This document shows, one piece after another, positions 50,280 to 60,194 of a stretch of DNA of 64,000 bases. The DNA lies in the NCBI GenBank assembly GCA_049510745.1, contig JBEKYR010000016.1, positions 28,743 to 92,742 of the forward strand, written 5' to 3'. The stretch comes from Verrucomicrobiota bacterium. GTDB taxonomy: Bacteria > Verrucomicrobiota > Verrucomicrobiia > Limisphaerales > Palsa-1400. The stretch's first letter is position 1, and the number at the start of each line of letters is the position of its first letter. The translations under genes and the position numbers were made by a program. Under the pieces are notes generated by a model. It was given only the letters and a program-made list of their open reading frames with translations. It did no database searches and was not told where the DNA came from.

Positions 50280-50313
50280 AAGCCCCGCTTGCAAACCGGC
50301 GGGGCTTTTTGTT
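50280..50313 (+). terminator. intrinsic terminator
   Basis: AAGCCCCGC-N10-GCGGGGCTT followed by TTTGTT. Confidence 0.55.
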
Positions 50314-50327
50314 CACTGGCATCGGAT

Positions 50328-51527
50328 ATGAAAGAGCAGTTCGACTCGATTGAAGCGGTGCTCGGCGACTTGCGCCGCAGCCGGATGGTGATCGTGGTGG
50401 ATGACGCCGATCGCGAGAACGAGGGCGATTTCATCATGGCGGCCGAATGCGTCACACCCGAAGCGATCAATTTCATGGCCAAACACGGGCGGGGGTTGAT
50501 CTGCGTGCCGACGACCAACGAGCGGTTGAAGCAATTGGGCATCGACCAGATGGTGGTGCAAAACGCCGAGAATTTCCGCACCGATTTCCAGGTCAGCGTC
50601 GATGCCGCGCGCGGCGTCACCACCGGCATCAGCGCCGCCGACCGGGCGTTGACGATCAAGATCATGGCCGACCCGACGGCGGTGCCGGAGGATTTGGTTC
50701 AGCCGGGGCACGTCTTTCCGCTGCGGGCCAAGCCGGGCGGGGTCTTGCAGCGGGCCGGGCACACCGAAGCGGCGGTCGATCTGGCCAAGCTGGCGGGGCG
50801 GCGCGCCATCGGGATTGTGTGCGAGATCATGAGCGAGGACGGCTCGATGGCGCGGCTGGGGGAATTGAAGCGGCTGGCGCGCAAGCACCGGTTGAAGATT
50901 TGCAGCATTGCCGATTTGATCCATTACCGGCGCACGCGGGAAAAGCTGGTCGAGCGGGTCGAAGTGGTGAAGATGCCGACGGCCTACGGAGATTTCGACC
51001 TTCACCTCTACCGGTCGAACCTCGACGGCCAGCACCATTTGGCGCTGGTGCGGGGCCAGGTTGCAGGGAGGAAGAACGTCTTGGTGCGCGTGCATAGCGA
51101 ATGCCTGACGGGCGATGTTTTTGGGTCGCGCCGCTGCGATTGCGGCCCGCAGTTGCAGGAGGCGATGCGGCGGATCGCGGCGGCGGGGCACGGGGTCATT
51201 GTTTATATGCGGCAGGAAGGGCGCGGCATCGGCCTGGCCTCCAAGATCAAGGCCTACAAATTGCAGGAGCGCGGGTTCGACACCGTCGAGGCCAATCTCA
51301 AGCTCGGTTACGGGATGGACCTGCGGGAATACGGATTGGGGGCGCAAATCCTGGTGGATTTGGGATTGAAGACGATTTCCCTGCTGACGAACAATCCGAG
51401 AAAAGTGGTCGGATTGGAAGGTTACGGCCTGGAAATCATCGAGCAACTGCCGATCAGAATCCGGGCCAATCCGCACAACGAAAAGTACCTGAAAACCAAG
51501 CGGGAGAAAATGGGGCATTTGCTCTGA
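50328..51527 (+). CDS. ribBA: bifunctional DHBP synthase / GTP cyclohydrolase II
   Basis: DDADRENEGD, PGHVFPL, RAGHTE, RVHSECLTGD...RCDC, QEGRGIGL, TNNPRK. Confidence 0.96.
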   Translation: MKEQFDSIEAVLGDLRRSRMVIVVDDADRENEGDFIMAAECVTPEAINFMAKHGRGLICVPTTNERLKQLGIDQMVVQNAENFRTDFQVSVDAARGVTTGISAADRALTIKIMADPTAVPEDLVQPGHVFPLRAKPGGVLQRAGHTEAAVDLAKLAGRRAIGIVCEIMSEDGSMARLGELKRLARKHRLKICSIADLIHYRRTREKLVERVEVVKMPTAYGDFDLHLYRSNLDGQHHLALVRGQVAGRKNVLVRVHSECLTGDVFGSRRCDCGPQLQEAMRRIAAAGHGVIVYMRQEGRGIGLASKIKAYKLQERGFDTVEANLKLGYGMDLREYGLGAQILVDLGLKTISLLTNNPRKVVGLEGYGLEIIEQLPIRIRANPHNEKYLKTKREKMGHLL

Positions 51528-51542
51528 CGCGGCAAAGTAACT

Positions 51543-52031
51543 ATGTTGACACCGGTTCAAAAACGGGAAATCCGCCGCAGCAACGGCTCCTTTGCCATCA
51601 TTGCCTCCCGTTACAACGCCCGATACGTCGATGCGATGGTCGAGGCGGCGGAACGGGAATTGAAGAAGGCGGGCGCGAAAAGAATCCGCCTGGTGCGGGT
51701 GCCGGGAGCGTTTGAGATTCCGGCGGTGGCCGCGCGGCTGGCGCGCGCCCGCCCCCCCTGCTCCGCCATCATCTGTCTGGGCGTGATTTTGCGCGGCCAG
51801 ACCACCCACGCCCAACAGATCGCCGACGCGGTCAGCGCCGGGCTGGCGCAATTGCAAATTCAACACGCGCTGCCGGTCATCCACGAAGTGCTGCTGCTGG
51901 AAAACGAAGGGCAGGCCGTCGCGCGCTGCCTGGACAAGAAACACAATCGCGGGAGGGAAGCGGCGCAAACCGCGCTGGAAATGGAGCGGGTCATGCGGTC
52001 GCTGGGGCGGCGGGAAAAGGTTGCCCTTTGA
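51543..52031 (+). CDS. ribH: 6,7-dimethyl-8-ribityllumazine synthase
   Basis: SRYN, VPGAFEIP, CLGVILRGQTTH, NRGREAA. Confidence 0.93.
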   Translation: MLTPVQKREIRRSNGSFAIIASRYNARYVDAMVEAAERELKKAGAKRIRLVRVPGAFEIPAVAARLARARPPCSAIICLGVILRGQTTHAQQIADAVSAGLAQLQIQHALPVIHEVLLLENEGQAVARCLDKKHNRGREAAQTALEMERVMRSLGRREKVAL

Positions 52032-52097
52032 CCCTCACAAATGGGGCTGGTTGACAATTCTTTGAACGTGTGATTAGGTGGAGAGAGATCGTTCGAC

Positions 52098-52325
52098 ATG
52101 CAAATGGTGCGAATAAAATTCTCTGACGCGGCCAGCGAGGCCGAAGGGTTTGTGGCTCTGGCCAAACGGGTCAAAGTCATTTGTTTTTCGGACAATACGT
52201 ATGAATTTGCCCGCTCCGGCTTGAAACTGCTGGACGATTTGGGAATTGCCTACGATGTCCTTGCCGAAGAAGGCTTCGACAGTGCCTGCCACGCGCTACG
52301 AAATCCTGCTGCCCCTAAAGTATAA
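52098..52325 (+). CDS. small hypothetical protein
   Basis: 75-aa ORF with upstream TTGACA and GGAG; overlaps the next ORF. Confidence 0.6.
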   Translation: MQMVRIKFSDAASEAEGFVALAKRVKVICFSDNTYEFARSGLKLLDDLGIAYDVLAEEGFDSACHALRNPAAPKV

Positions 52326-52599
52326 CGACGGCGGCAGCGTTGAACCCGAGAAGCTCCTGCAAACCAAACAGGACCTTGTTCAAAAATTTGGCGCGTTGAC
52401 GGTGGACCCGTATCCCGTTCAGGGTTTCTGGACATATCAGGGCACTTCTTATCAAGACGCGCTTCTTCGCTATATCGTGGATGTCGAGGAGGATACGGCG
52501 GCGGTCCAGGTGTTTTTTGGCGAATTCAAGGAAATCCTCAAGGCACGTTTCCGGCAGTTGGACGTGTGGGTCGTGGCTTATCCAATTCGAGTCGTTTGA
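52282..52599 (+). CDS. small conserved-looking hypothetical protein (ferredoxin/P-II-like pattern)
   Basis: RYEILLPLKYNDG...FGALT...GFW...Y.D...YIVDV...LKARFRQ; GTG start inside the previous gene. Confidence 0.65.
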   Translation: MPATRYEILLPLKYNDGGSVEPEKLLQTKQDLVQKFGALTVDPYPVQGFWTYQGTSYQDALLRYIVDVEEDTAAVQVFFGEFKEILKARFRQLDVWVVAYPIRVV

Positions 52600-52725
52600 T
52601 TACGGCCCAGTCCATGAATTTCTCTTACAAGCAGGATTCGACTTTGTGAAATGTGTTACAAAGGACTTGCGCGGAGTTTCCGGGCTGTTAGGTTGCAGCC
52701 GGTTCGGTTCTTGTCTGACACAATT

Positions 52726-53463
52726 ATGCGTATGAAGAGATTTGCATTGGCACTGACTGTGGCCGCCCTGGCGGGTTCGCTGCCCAGCGCCGTCGCCGGC
52801 GACGTGACGGGAAAAGTCACGTTGAAAGGAACGCCTCCGGCCGAGAAACCAATCGCGTTTGATGATACGTGCAGCAAGCTGCAACCCACGGTCACCACCA
52901 CCCGCCACTACGTCGTCGGCAAGGACGGCGGCCTGGCCAATGTTTTTGTTTATATTTCCAAGGGTCTGGAAGGGAAAAAGTTTACCGCGCCGACCGAGGC
53001 CGTTGAAGTGGACCAGCAGGGCTGCAATTACCAGCCCTACGTCAGCGGCGCCATGGTCGGGCAACCGTTGCGGATCAAGAACTCGGACCCGATCATGCAC
53101 AACATCCACGCCTTGCCCAAAGCGGAGGGCAATACCGAATTCAATTTCGCCCAGCCCAACCAGGGCGATGTCAACGACACCAAGTGGACCAGCAGCATCA
53201 AATCCCCGGAGGTCATGGTGAAAGTCAAATGCGACGTGCATCCCTGGATGTTCGCTTACGTGGGCGTGGTGGATCATCCCTATTTTGCGGTCACCGATAA
53301 GGACGGGAATTTCAAGATCGCCAATGTTCCGGCCGGCAAATACACCCTGACGGCGTATCATTTGAAGGCGCATGGCGCCAAGCCGGGCGAAACCCAGGAG
53401 ATCACGGTGGCCGATGGTGCTGTCACGGCCAATTTTACGGTCGCGGTGCCGGCGCCACAGTAG
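52726..53463 (+). CDS. secreted carboxypeptidase-regulatory-like / cupredoxin-like protein
   Basis: Signal peptide; DQQGC, HNIH, CDVHPWM (type-1 Cu-like ligands), PYFAVTDKDGNF, VPAGKYTL. Confidence 0.8.
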   Translation: MRMKRFALALTVAALAGSLPSAVAGDVTGKVTLKGTPPAEKPIAFDDTCSKLQPTVTTTRHYVVGKDGGLANVFVYISKGLEGKKFTAPTEAVEVDQQGCNYQPYVSGAMVGQPLRIKNSDPIMHNIHALPKAEGNTEFNFAQPNQGDVNDTKWTSSIKSPEVMVKVKCDVHPWMFAYVGVVDHPYFAVTDKDGNFKIANVPAGKYTLTAYHLKAHGAKPGETQEITVADGAVTANFTVAVPAPQ

Positions 53464-53541
53464 AGGCGGCCCGGCAGAGCCGCATCGAAGCAGTTTCTCC
53501 CAGGATTCTCCGTTCCTGGCCGGTGGATTTTTACGGAGACG

Positions 53542-54777
53542 TTGTTGTTTGCGTTGTTGTTTGCAGTGAGTTTGACCCAGGTTCATAACAATTGGCGGAA
53601 GCGTTGTGCGGTTTTCACCGCACTGGCAGCGTTTGCCCTGGTTTGCATGGGCGGTCTGGTGACGAGCCACGAGGCGGGCCTTTCGGTGCCGGATTGGCCG
53701 AACACTTACGGCTACAACATGTTTTTCTTCCCCGTTTCCAAGTGGATCGGAGGCATTTTCTACGAGCACACCCACCGGTTGGCTGCCTCGGGTGTCGGTC
53801 TCCTCACCACCGTCCTGGCCTTGTGGCTCTTCGGGCGAAAAGCGCGCCCGCTGCTGCGCTGGGTTGGAATTGTTTTTCTTGTGGCTGGCGCCGGCCTTTG
53901 CGTCAAGTTCCCGGCCCACACCGCGGAAAATCTTCTTCTGGCGGGCATCGGATCAGCCGGGTTGGCTGCCAGTTTTTACTGGCCTGACTGTGAACCAGCC
54001 GCGAAATGGCTGCGCGCGCTCGGAGTAACCGCCTTCCTGGCGGTGGTGGCGCAAGGGGTGTTGGGCGGATTGCGCGTGACGCAATTGAAGGACCAACTGG
54101 GAATCTTTCACGCCGCCCTGGCGCAACTTTTCTTGCTGCTGGTTTCCGCGATGGCCCTGTTCCACACCGATTTCTGGCGACGCCTGCCTGTCCGGGCGGA
54201 AATCGACCGGCATCGGTTGCGTCCTCTCTTCGCGGCCACGACCGGCTTGATTCTGGCGCAACTCATCCTCGGCGCGGCCATGCGGCATCAACACGCCGGG
54301 CTCGCCATCCCGGATTTTCCAGCCGCTTACGGCAAAATCTGGCCGGACACCAGCCCCGCCGCCGTTGAGCGCTACAACCAAAACCGGCTCGAAGCCGCGG
54401 GCGAAAAACCGATCACCGCTTTCCAAATCGAATTGCAGATGGCGCATCGGATCCTGGCGCTGCTGGTAATTGCGGCGGTGGGAGTTTGCCTGTGGCGGTC
54501 GTGGCGTTATTTGGGGCTTGGGCATGGGCTGACCGGTTTCTGCGGCCTCTGGTTTGGGCTGGTTTTGATTCAGGTTTTCCTCGGCGCAGCCACGATCTGG
54601 ACGGGCAAATCCGCCGACGTGGCCACCGCCCACGTGGCTTGCGGCGCGCTCTGCCTGGTGACGGGCGGCCTGGCCTCCCTTGTTTCGTTTCGATGGCTCG
54701 CGGCTCCGCTGGCCCCGGTGCCTCTTGGGGAAAAGAATGGACTGACTCCTTTGCTCTCCTCATCGAAAGCAGCATGA
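53542..54777 (+). CDS. ctaA: heme A synthase (COX15/CtaA)
   Basis: GGLVTS, PDWP, YEHTHR, QGVLGG, HAALAQ, MAHR, ATAH. Start approximate. Confidence 0.88.
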   Translation: MLFALLFAVSLTQVHNNWRKRCAVFTALAAFALVCMGGLVTSHEAGLSVPDWPNTYGYNMFFFPVSKWIGGIFYEHTHRLAASGVGLLTTVLALWLFGRKARPLLRWVGIVFLVAGAGLCVKFPAHTAENLLLAGIGSAGLAASFYWPDCEPAAKWLRALGVTAFLAVVAQGVLGGLRVTQLKDQLGIFHAALAQLFLLLVSAMALFHTDFWRRLPVRAEIDRHRLRPLFAATTGLILAQLILGAAMRHQHAGLAIPDFPAAYGKIWPDTSPAAVERYNQNRLEAAGEKPITAFQIELQMAHRILALLVIAAVGVCLWRSWRYLGLGHGLTGFCGLWFGLVLIQVFLGAATIWTGKSADVATAHVACGALCLVTGGLASLVSFRWLAAPLAPVPLGEKNGLTPLLSSSKAA

Positions 54778-55697
54778 AAGCCGCAGCCCAAATACTCGAT
54801 GCCGCGCCGCCGCTGGCCAAAGCACCCGCCACGGAAAAGTCATGGGCGTCGGTTTTGAGCGAATTGTTCAAAATGCGGCTGACGACGTTGGTTCTTTTGA
54901 CAACGCTGGTCGGGTTTTATCTCGGCTCCAGCGGGCCGGTGTCGTGGGTCTTGATGGTGAACCTGCTGCTCGGCACGGCTCTGCTGGCCGGCGGCGCTTC
55001 GGCCCTGAACCAACTGCTGGAGCGGGAGCACGACGCCAAGATGCGCCGCACGCAAGACCGTCCCCTGCCCTCTGGACGCCTGACGCCGGAAAGCGTTCTC
55101 CTCATCGGAGGGGCTTGCGCGGTGGGCGGGATGCTCCATCTGGCTCTGACGGTCAATCTGGCCACGGCTCTTTTGGGCGCGCTGACGCTGGGCAGTTACA
55201 TCCTGGTTTATACGCCCCTCAAGCGGGTCACCACCTTGAACACGGTCATCGGCGCGATTCCCGGCGGACTGCCGCCGCTGATGGGCTGGACGGCCGCGCG
55301 CGGCGAGATTACCGGGGACGGCTGGTCGCTCTTTGCCATCCTCTGTTTCTGGCAGTTGCCGCATTTCCTGGCCATCGCGTGGATGTACCGGGACGAATAC
55401 GCCAAGGCGGGCTTTGTCATGCTGCCGGTGGTCGATCCGACCGGCGAACGAACCGGCCGCCAGGCCCTCTGTCACACTTTGGGACTGCTTCCCATCAGCC
55501 TCTGTCCGTTCCTCTTCAAACTGGTCGGGCCGGTTTATCTGGTCGGAGCCGTAATCTTGGGCGCCGGCTACGTGTGGAGCGCGTGGCAGTTTTCGCGGCG
55601 CCTGACCTTGCAGCGGGCGCGGGTGCTCTTTTACGCCTCAATCCTCTATCTGCCGTTATTATTGACGCTGATGGTGCTGGATAAAGCCGGGACGTGA
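54774..55697 (+). CDS. ctaB: protoheme IX farnesyltransferase
   Basis: NQLLEREHDAKMRRT..RPLP, YTPLKR, GAIPG, WQLPHF, DEYAKAG. Confidence 0.95.
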   Translation: MKAAAQILDAAPPLAKAPATEKSWASVLSELFKMRLTTLVLLTTLVGFYLGSSGPVSWVLMVNLLLGTALLAGGASALNQLLEREHDAKMRRTQDRPLPSGRLTPESVLLIGGACAVGGMLHLALTVNLATALLGALTLGSYILVYTPLKRVTTLNTVIGAIPGGLPPLMGWTAARGEITGDGWSLFAILCFWQLPHFLAIAWMYRDEYAKAGFVMLPVVDPTGERTGRQALCHTLGLLPISLCPFLFKLVGPVYLVGAVILGAGYVWSAWQFSRRLTLQRARVLFYASILYLPLLLTLMVLDKAGT

Positions 55698-55784
55698 TTG
55701 GAACACATGAGCGCCGTTGACACGGGACATATATTGAAATTAGCATGTAACTCAAAATTGGCCTTGCCAACGCAATAAAGAGTC

Positions 55785-57647
55785 ATGGAATCGACAATCC
55801 AGGCAGCGACCCACGCTCCCGCCGCAGGGCACGAGGAGCTTGGTTTTTGGCGGAAATACATCTTTTCCACCGACCATAAAGTCATCGGCATCCAATACGG
55901 CGTGACGGGCTTGATGTTCCTGTTTTTTGGCTTCTGCCTGATGACGATCATGCGTTGGCAATTGGCGTATCCCGGCCATCCCGTCCCGATAGTCGGCCAT
56001 CTGCTTTACCGGGTCTTGGGCGAGGACATGGTCGGCAAGGATGCCGCCGGGAACGTCGGGGTGATGATGCCGGACCTATACAATTCCTTCGGGGCGATGC
56101 ATGGGACGATCATGGTGTTTCTGGCCATTGTGCCGCTGGCCTTTGGCGCGTTCGGCAATTTTGTCACCCCGCTGCAAATCGGCGCGCCGGACATGACCTT
56201 CCCGCGCGTGAACATGGTCAGCTACCAATTCTATTTCCTGGGCGGCGTTTTGATGCTGGCCAGCTTTTTCATTCCAGGCGGCGCGGCCAAATCGGGCTGG
56301 ACCTCCTACTCGCCGCTGGCCACGGTGGCCGATATGGGCCAGCATCCCAACGGGCAAACGTTTTGGATTATCGGGATGGTGTGCCTGATCAGTTCCTCCC
56401 TGCTGGGCGCGGTCAATTTCATCACCACCATCATCCAATTGCGGGCCAAGGGACTGACCTGGATGCGGCTGCCCTTCTTCGTCTGGGCGCAATTTGTCAC
56501 CGGCTTCCTCCTGCTGCTGGCCTTTCCGCCGCTGGAAGCCGCCGCCGTCCTGCAACTGATGGACAATCTGTTGCACACGAGCTTTTTCCTGCCGACGGGC
56601 CTGGTGGTGTCGGGCCAGCACCTGCACATCAGCGGCGGGGGCAGTCCTCTGTTGTGGCAGCACCTGTTCTGGTTCCTGGGCCATCCGGAAGTGTATGTGT
56701 TGATACTGCCGGGCATGGGCATCGTGACCGAAATCATCGCCTGCAACACGCGCAAGCCCATTTGGGGCTATCGTTCGATGGTCTATTCGGTGCTGACCAT
56801 TGGTTTTCTGTCGTTCATCGTCTGGGCGCATCACATGTATTTGACTGGCATGGGAACGCGCGTCGCGACTTTTTTCCAGACGACCACCATGATGATTTCC
56901 ATCCCGTCGGTCATCATTTTGACGGCGCTGTTTATTTCCCTGTGGGGCGCTTCGATGCGCTTTAACACGCCGATGCTCTTCGCCTTGGGGTTCCTCCCCA
57001 TGTTTGGCATCGGGGGCTTGACCGGCCTGCCGCTGGGCTTCAACGCCAGCGATATTCATTTGCACGACACCTACTACGTGATCGCGCACTTCCATTACGT
57101 CGTCGCGCCGGGGACGATCTTCGCGCTCTTTGCGGGGATTTACTACTGGTATCCGAAAATCACCGGGCGGTTCATGAATGAGTTCTGGGGCCGGGTCCAC
57201 TTTGCCCTCTCCTTCATGTGCATGAACCTGGTTTTCATGCCGATGTTTGTCCAGGGCATGGCGGGAATGTCCCGCCGCCTCTACGATGGCGGCGCCACCT
57301 ACGCGGCGCAGGACGGGATCGTTGGCTTGAGCAAATATGTCCTCGGCCTCAATGTTCCCATTTCCCATGCGGTCTGGGCTTTGGGCCTCTCGCAAATACC
57401 GTTTGTCATCAATTTCTTTTGGAGCATCAACCGGGGCAAGAAGATCGCCTCGGACAACCCGTGGCAGGCCACCACGCTGGAATGGCAGACGCCCACGCCT
57501 CCTCCGCATGGCAACTTTGAAGGGCCGGTGGAAGTCTTCCGCGGGCCGTACGAATACAGCGTGCCCGGCCATGCGACCGATTTCATTCCGCAGAACGAAC
57601 CCCCGACACCCTCACCCGTACCCAATGGAAATCCCGTACGCAGTTAA
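55785..57647 (+). CDS. ctaD: cytochrome c oxidase subunit I (A1-type signature)
   Basis: TDHKVIG, MHGT, PDMTFPRVN, GHPEVY, WAHHMY, LHDTYYVIAHFHY, GMSRR. Confidence 0.96.
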   Translation: MESTIQAATHAPAAGHEELGFWRKYIFSTDHKVIGIQYGVTGLMFLFFGFCLMTIMRWQLAYPGHPVPIVGHLLYRVLGEDMVGKDAAGNVGVMMPDLYNSFGAMHGTIMVFLAIVPLAFGAFGNFVTPLQIGAPDMTFPRVNMVSYQFYFLGGVLMLASFFIPGGAAKSGWTSYSPLATVADMGQHPNGQTFWIIGMVCLISSSLLGAVNFITTIIQLRAKGLTWMRLPFFVWAQFVTGFLLLLAFPPLEAAAVLQLMDNLLHTSFFLPTGLVVSGQHLHISGGGSPLLWQHLFWFLGHPEVYVLILPGMGIVTEIIACNTRKPIWGYRSMVYSVLTIGFLSFIVWAHHMYLTGMGTRVATFFQTTTMMISIPSVIILTALFISLWGASMRFNTPMLFALGFLPMFGIGGLTGLPLGFNASDIHLHDTYYVIAHFHYVVAPGTIFALFAGIYYWYPKITGRFMNEFWGRVHFALSFMCMNLVFMPMFVQGMAGMSRRLYDGGATYAAQDGIVGLSKYVLGLNVPISHAVWALGLSQIPFVINFFWSINRGKKIASDNPWQATTLEWQTPTPPPHGNFEGPVEVFRGPYEYSVPGHATDFIPQNEPPTPSPVPNGNPVRS

Positions 57648-58473
57648 ACCCCGCCCGGACACGGGCCTTTACAATGCCAAAGTCGGCATTTGGCTCTTCC
57701 TGGCATCGGAAGTGATGCTCTTCGGCGCGCTCTTCTGCTCCTACATCCTCCTGCGCGTCAACGCCCCGGAAGGCCTGTGGCCGCATCATTGGCTCAACAT
57801 CTGGCTGGGCATGACCAACACCATCGTCCTTATTTTCTCCAGCGTCACGGTCGTTCTCGCGTGGGCCTCCCTCAAAATGGGCCAGTTCAACCGCTACAAG
57901 CTCTACCAGGGCATCACCCTTCTTTGCGCCTTGACCTTCCTCGCCATCAAATCGGTCGAATACCGCGACAAGTTCATCCACTACAAGGTCGTCCTCTCGG
58001 ACGGACGGATCGCGGACGGGCATTTGCAGAAGGCCGAAACGACCCTGCCCGTGTCCTGGCGTCTTCAACCCGTGATCGTGGACGGGCATTTGCAGGGGGG
58101 AGGGCAAACGGCCACGAACACGGGCCGGCTCGTGCTGGAAGGCTGGTGGCCAAACGATGAGGCCGCGTTGATGAACCCGCCCCTGGGCCATGAGACGCAA
58201 AGGATCGAAATCCCCGTCAAGCAAATCAAGTTCATGGAGAATTACGGCCCGTGGCACAACACTTACACCGCGATTTATTTCACCTTGACTGGTTTGCACG
58301 CCTTGCACGTCGTGGCCGGCGCCATTGTCATCTTCGCCATTTGGGGTCCCCTGGCCAAGGTCTGGGAGCGGGACCCGGAACGTTACATCAACCGCGTCGA
58401 AGTCTCCGGCCTGTTCTGGCACTTCGTCGATCTCGTCTGGATCTTCCTCTTTCCCGTCCTTTATCTCTTATGA
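57625..58473 (+). CDS. ctaE: cytochrome c oxidase subunit III
   Basis: GIWLFLASEVMLF, NTIVLIFSS, TGLHALHV, FWHFVDLVWIFLF. Confidence 0.93.
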   Translation: MEIPYAVKPRPDTGLYNAKVGIWLFLASEVMLFGALFCSYILLRVNAPEGLWPHHWLNIWLGMTNTIVLIFSSVTVVLAWASLKMGQFNRYKLYQGITLLCALTFLAIKSVEYRDKFIHYKVVLSDGRIADGHLQKAETTLPVSWRLQPVIVDGHLQGGGQTATNTGRLVLEGWWPNDEAALMNPPLGHETQRIEIPVKQIKFMENYGPWHNTYTAIYFTLTGLHALHVVAGAIVIFAIWGPLAKVWERDPERYINRVEVSGLFWHFVDLVWIFLFPVLYLL

Positions 58474-58820
58474 GCAACCCTCCCTCCTCCTCTCCGGCGC
58501 TGCGCGTTGACGAGCAAACGGTCGAAGAAATGCGCCACCATGTCCGGCGCTACTTGATTGTCGGCGTCGCCCTGGCCATCGGCACGGGCCTGACCGTCTG
58601 GGCCTCGCTCTTCAATTTTGGCAGCCGCGAGATCAACATCGTCGTCGCCCTTATGATCGCCTCCTGCAAAGGCTGTTTGGTGGCGGGCTTCTTCATGCAC
58701 CTGATTTCGGAGAGAAAGATGATTTATTCCGTGCTGGCTGTGACGGCTTTCTTTTTCGCGGCGTTGATGTATCTTACCGTGTCTTCGATGGCGCACGAGA
58801 ATCTCGTGCATATCCGATAA
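58470..58820 (+). CDS. cytochrome c oxidase subunit IV family protein
   Basis: 3 TM segments, KGCLVAGFFMHL. Confidence 0.88.
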   Translation: MSNPPSSSPALRVDEQTVEEMRHHVRRYLIVGVALAIGTGLTVWASLFNFGSREINIVVALMIASCKGCLVAGFFMHLISERKMIYSVLAVTAFFFAALMYLTVSSMAHENLVHIR

Positions 58821-58821
58821 T

Positions 58822-59028
58822 ATGTCACTGAAAGCGTTCCATATTGTATTTGTGGTCATGTCGATCCTGCTGGCCTTTTTCTGCGGGATTTGGCTGTTGC
58901 ACGAGTACGCCGTGGAGCATGACACCGCGGAATTGGCGGCCGCCGTCCTGTTCCTGCTGGCGGGCGGAGGATTGCTCTGCTACGGCAAATCCGTCCTGCG
59001 CAAACTCAAACACATCAGCTATCTATGA
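58822..59028 (+). CDS. small 2-TM membrane protein
   Basis: MSLKAFHIVF..., two hydrophobic helices, tightly coupled within the operon. Confidence 0.7.
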   Translation: MSLKAFHIVFVVMSILLAFFCGIWLLHEYAVEHDTAELAAAVLFLLAGGGLLCYGKSVLRKLKHISYL

Positions 59029-59288
59029 AAAGACTCGTTCGCTCCGCCCTCCTCCCTGCCCTGCTCTTGCTGGCCTCGCCGTCCGCGGTCTGGGCCTGCG
59101 CCGCCTGCTTCGGCAAATCGGATTCCGCCATGGCGCGCAGCCTCAACGCCAGCATCTTTACGTTGATGGGAATCATCGGCACGGTCCTGCTCGGCGCCGC
59201 CTCGTTCTTCGTGTTTCTGGCCAAAAGAGCCGCTTCCGTGGCCCAAGCGGAGCAATCGGCCGGCTCCCCCTCGCAACCCGAAGCGTAA
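59025..59288 (+). CDS. small exported CxxC membrane protein
   Basis: Signal peptide ending VWA, then CAACFG and one TM helix; ATGA overlap. Confidence 0.7.
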   Translation: MKRLVRSALLPALLLLASPSAVWACAACFGKSDSAMARSLNASIFTLMGIIGTVLLGAASFFVFLAKRAASVAQAEQSAGSPSQPEA

Positions 59289-59291
59289 ATC

Positions 59292-60143
59292 ATGCAAGAA
59301 TCACCCAAATACGGACTGAACTGGCGGTTGTTTTTCCTGTCGGCCCTCCTGCTCATTCTTCCAACGTGGTACGTCGTCTATCATATTTCGCCGTCCCACC
59401 TGCCGCAAAACGACTCCGGCCAGGGCGCCGGGATCGATTCTTTGATCATTTATGTCCATGTTCTCATGGGCGCCCTCTTCGTGGGCTGGGTCGGTTACTT
59501 TTTTTACGTTCTCCTTCGCTTCAACAAGGCGCGCAATCCGACGGCCGATTACGCGGGCGTCAAAAGCCATGCCTCCACCTGGCTCGAAGGCGTGGTCGCG
59601 ATGGTTGAGGCGGTCCTGCTCATCGGCTTCGCCATTCCCGTCTGGTCGCGGGCGGTGGATAAGTTTCCCAAGGACAGCGAGGCCACCGTCATCAAGGTGA
59701 TCGCCCAGCAGTTTCAGTGGAACGGCTGGTATCCCGGCCCGCACGGCGTCTTCTGCGCCAATGATGAAAAATTCTTTGCGGGCGACAACACCTTCGGCCT
59801 GGACAAGAGCGATCCGCACTACAAGGAGAATTTCATCGTCGCCAAGGACCTGGTCGTGCCGGTCAACAAGCCCGTCCTGGTCTATCTCAGTTCCCTGGAC
59901 GTCATCCATTGTTTCGCCTGCAAGCCGCTGCGGGTGACGCAGGACGCCATTCCCGGCATGGTTTTTCCCGCCCACTTTACCCCGGTCAAGATGGGGACTT
60001 ACCAGATCAATTGCGCGCAACTGTGCGGCGTTTCCCATTCGGTCATGCGAGGGACCATCAAGGTCGTCTCGCAATTGGACTACGATAAATGGGTCGCTGA
60101 AAAATCCAAGGCGGGCGCCGGCGCCGGCGGCGGGTATGAATAG
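59292..60143 (+). CDS. ctaC: cytochrome c oxidase subunit II
   Basis: TM helices, DVIH, CuA motif CAQLCGVSHSVM; no CxxCH domain. Confidence 0.92.
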   Translation: MQESPKYGLNWRLFFLSALLLILPTWYVVYHISPSHLPQNDSGQGAGIDSLIIYVHVLMGALFVGWVGYFFYVLLRFNKARNPTADYAGVKSHASTWLEGVVAMVEAVLLIGFAIPVWSRAVDKFPKDSEATVIKVIAQQFQWNGWYPGPHGVFCANDEKFFAGDNTFGLDKSDPHYKENFIVAKDLVVPVNKPVLVYLSSLDVIHCFACKPLRVTQDAIPGMVFPAHFTPVKMGTYQINCAQLCGVSHSVMRGTIKVVSQLDYDKWVAEKSKAGAGAGGGYE

Positions 60144-60194
60144 CAGACGCGGGCCGGCGTTGCCCGCGCGCCGTTTCCCCCGTCGCGTTTCCGC

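Noticed and set aside
50224..50327. FMN riboswitch upstream of ribBA
   Set aside because: Only about 100 bp is available and it lacks the conserved RFN sequence blocks; the hairpin is better explained as the terminator of the upstream small gene.
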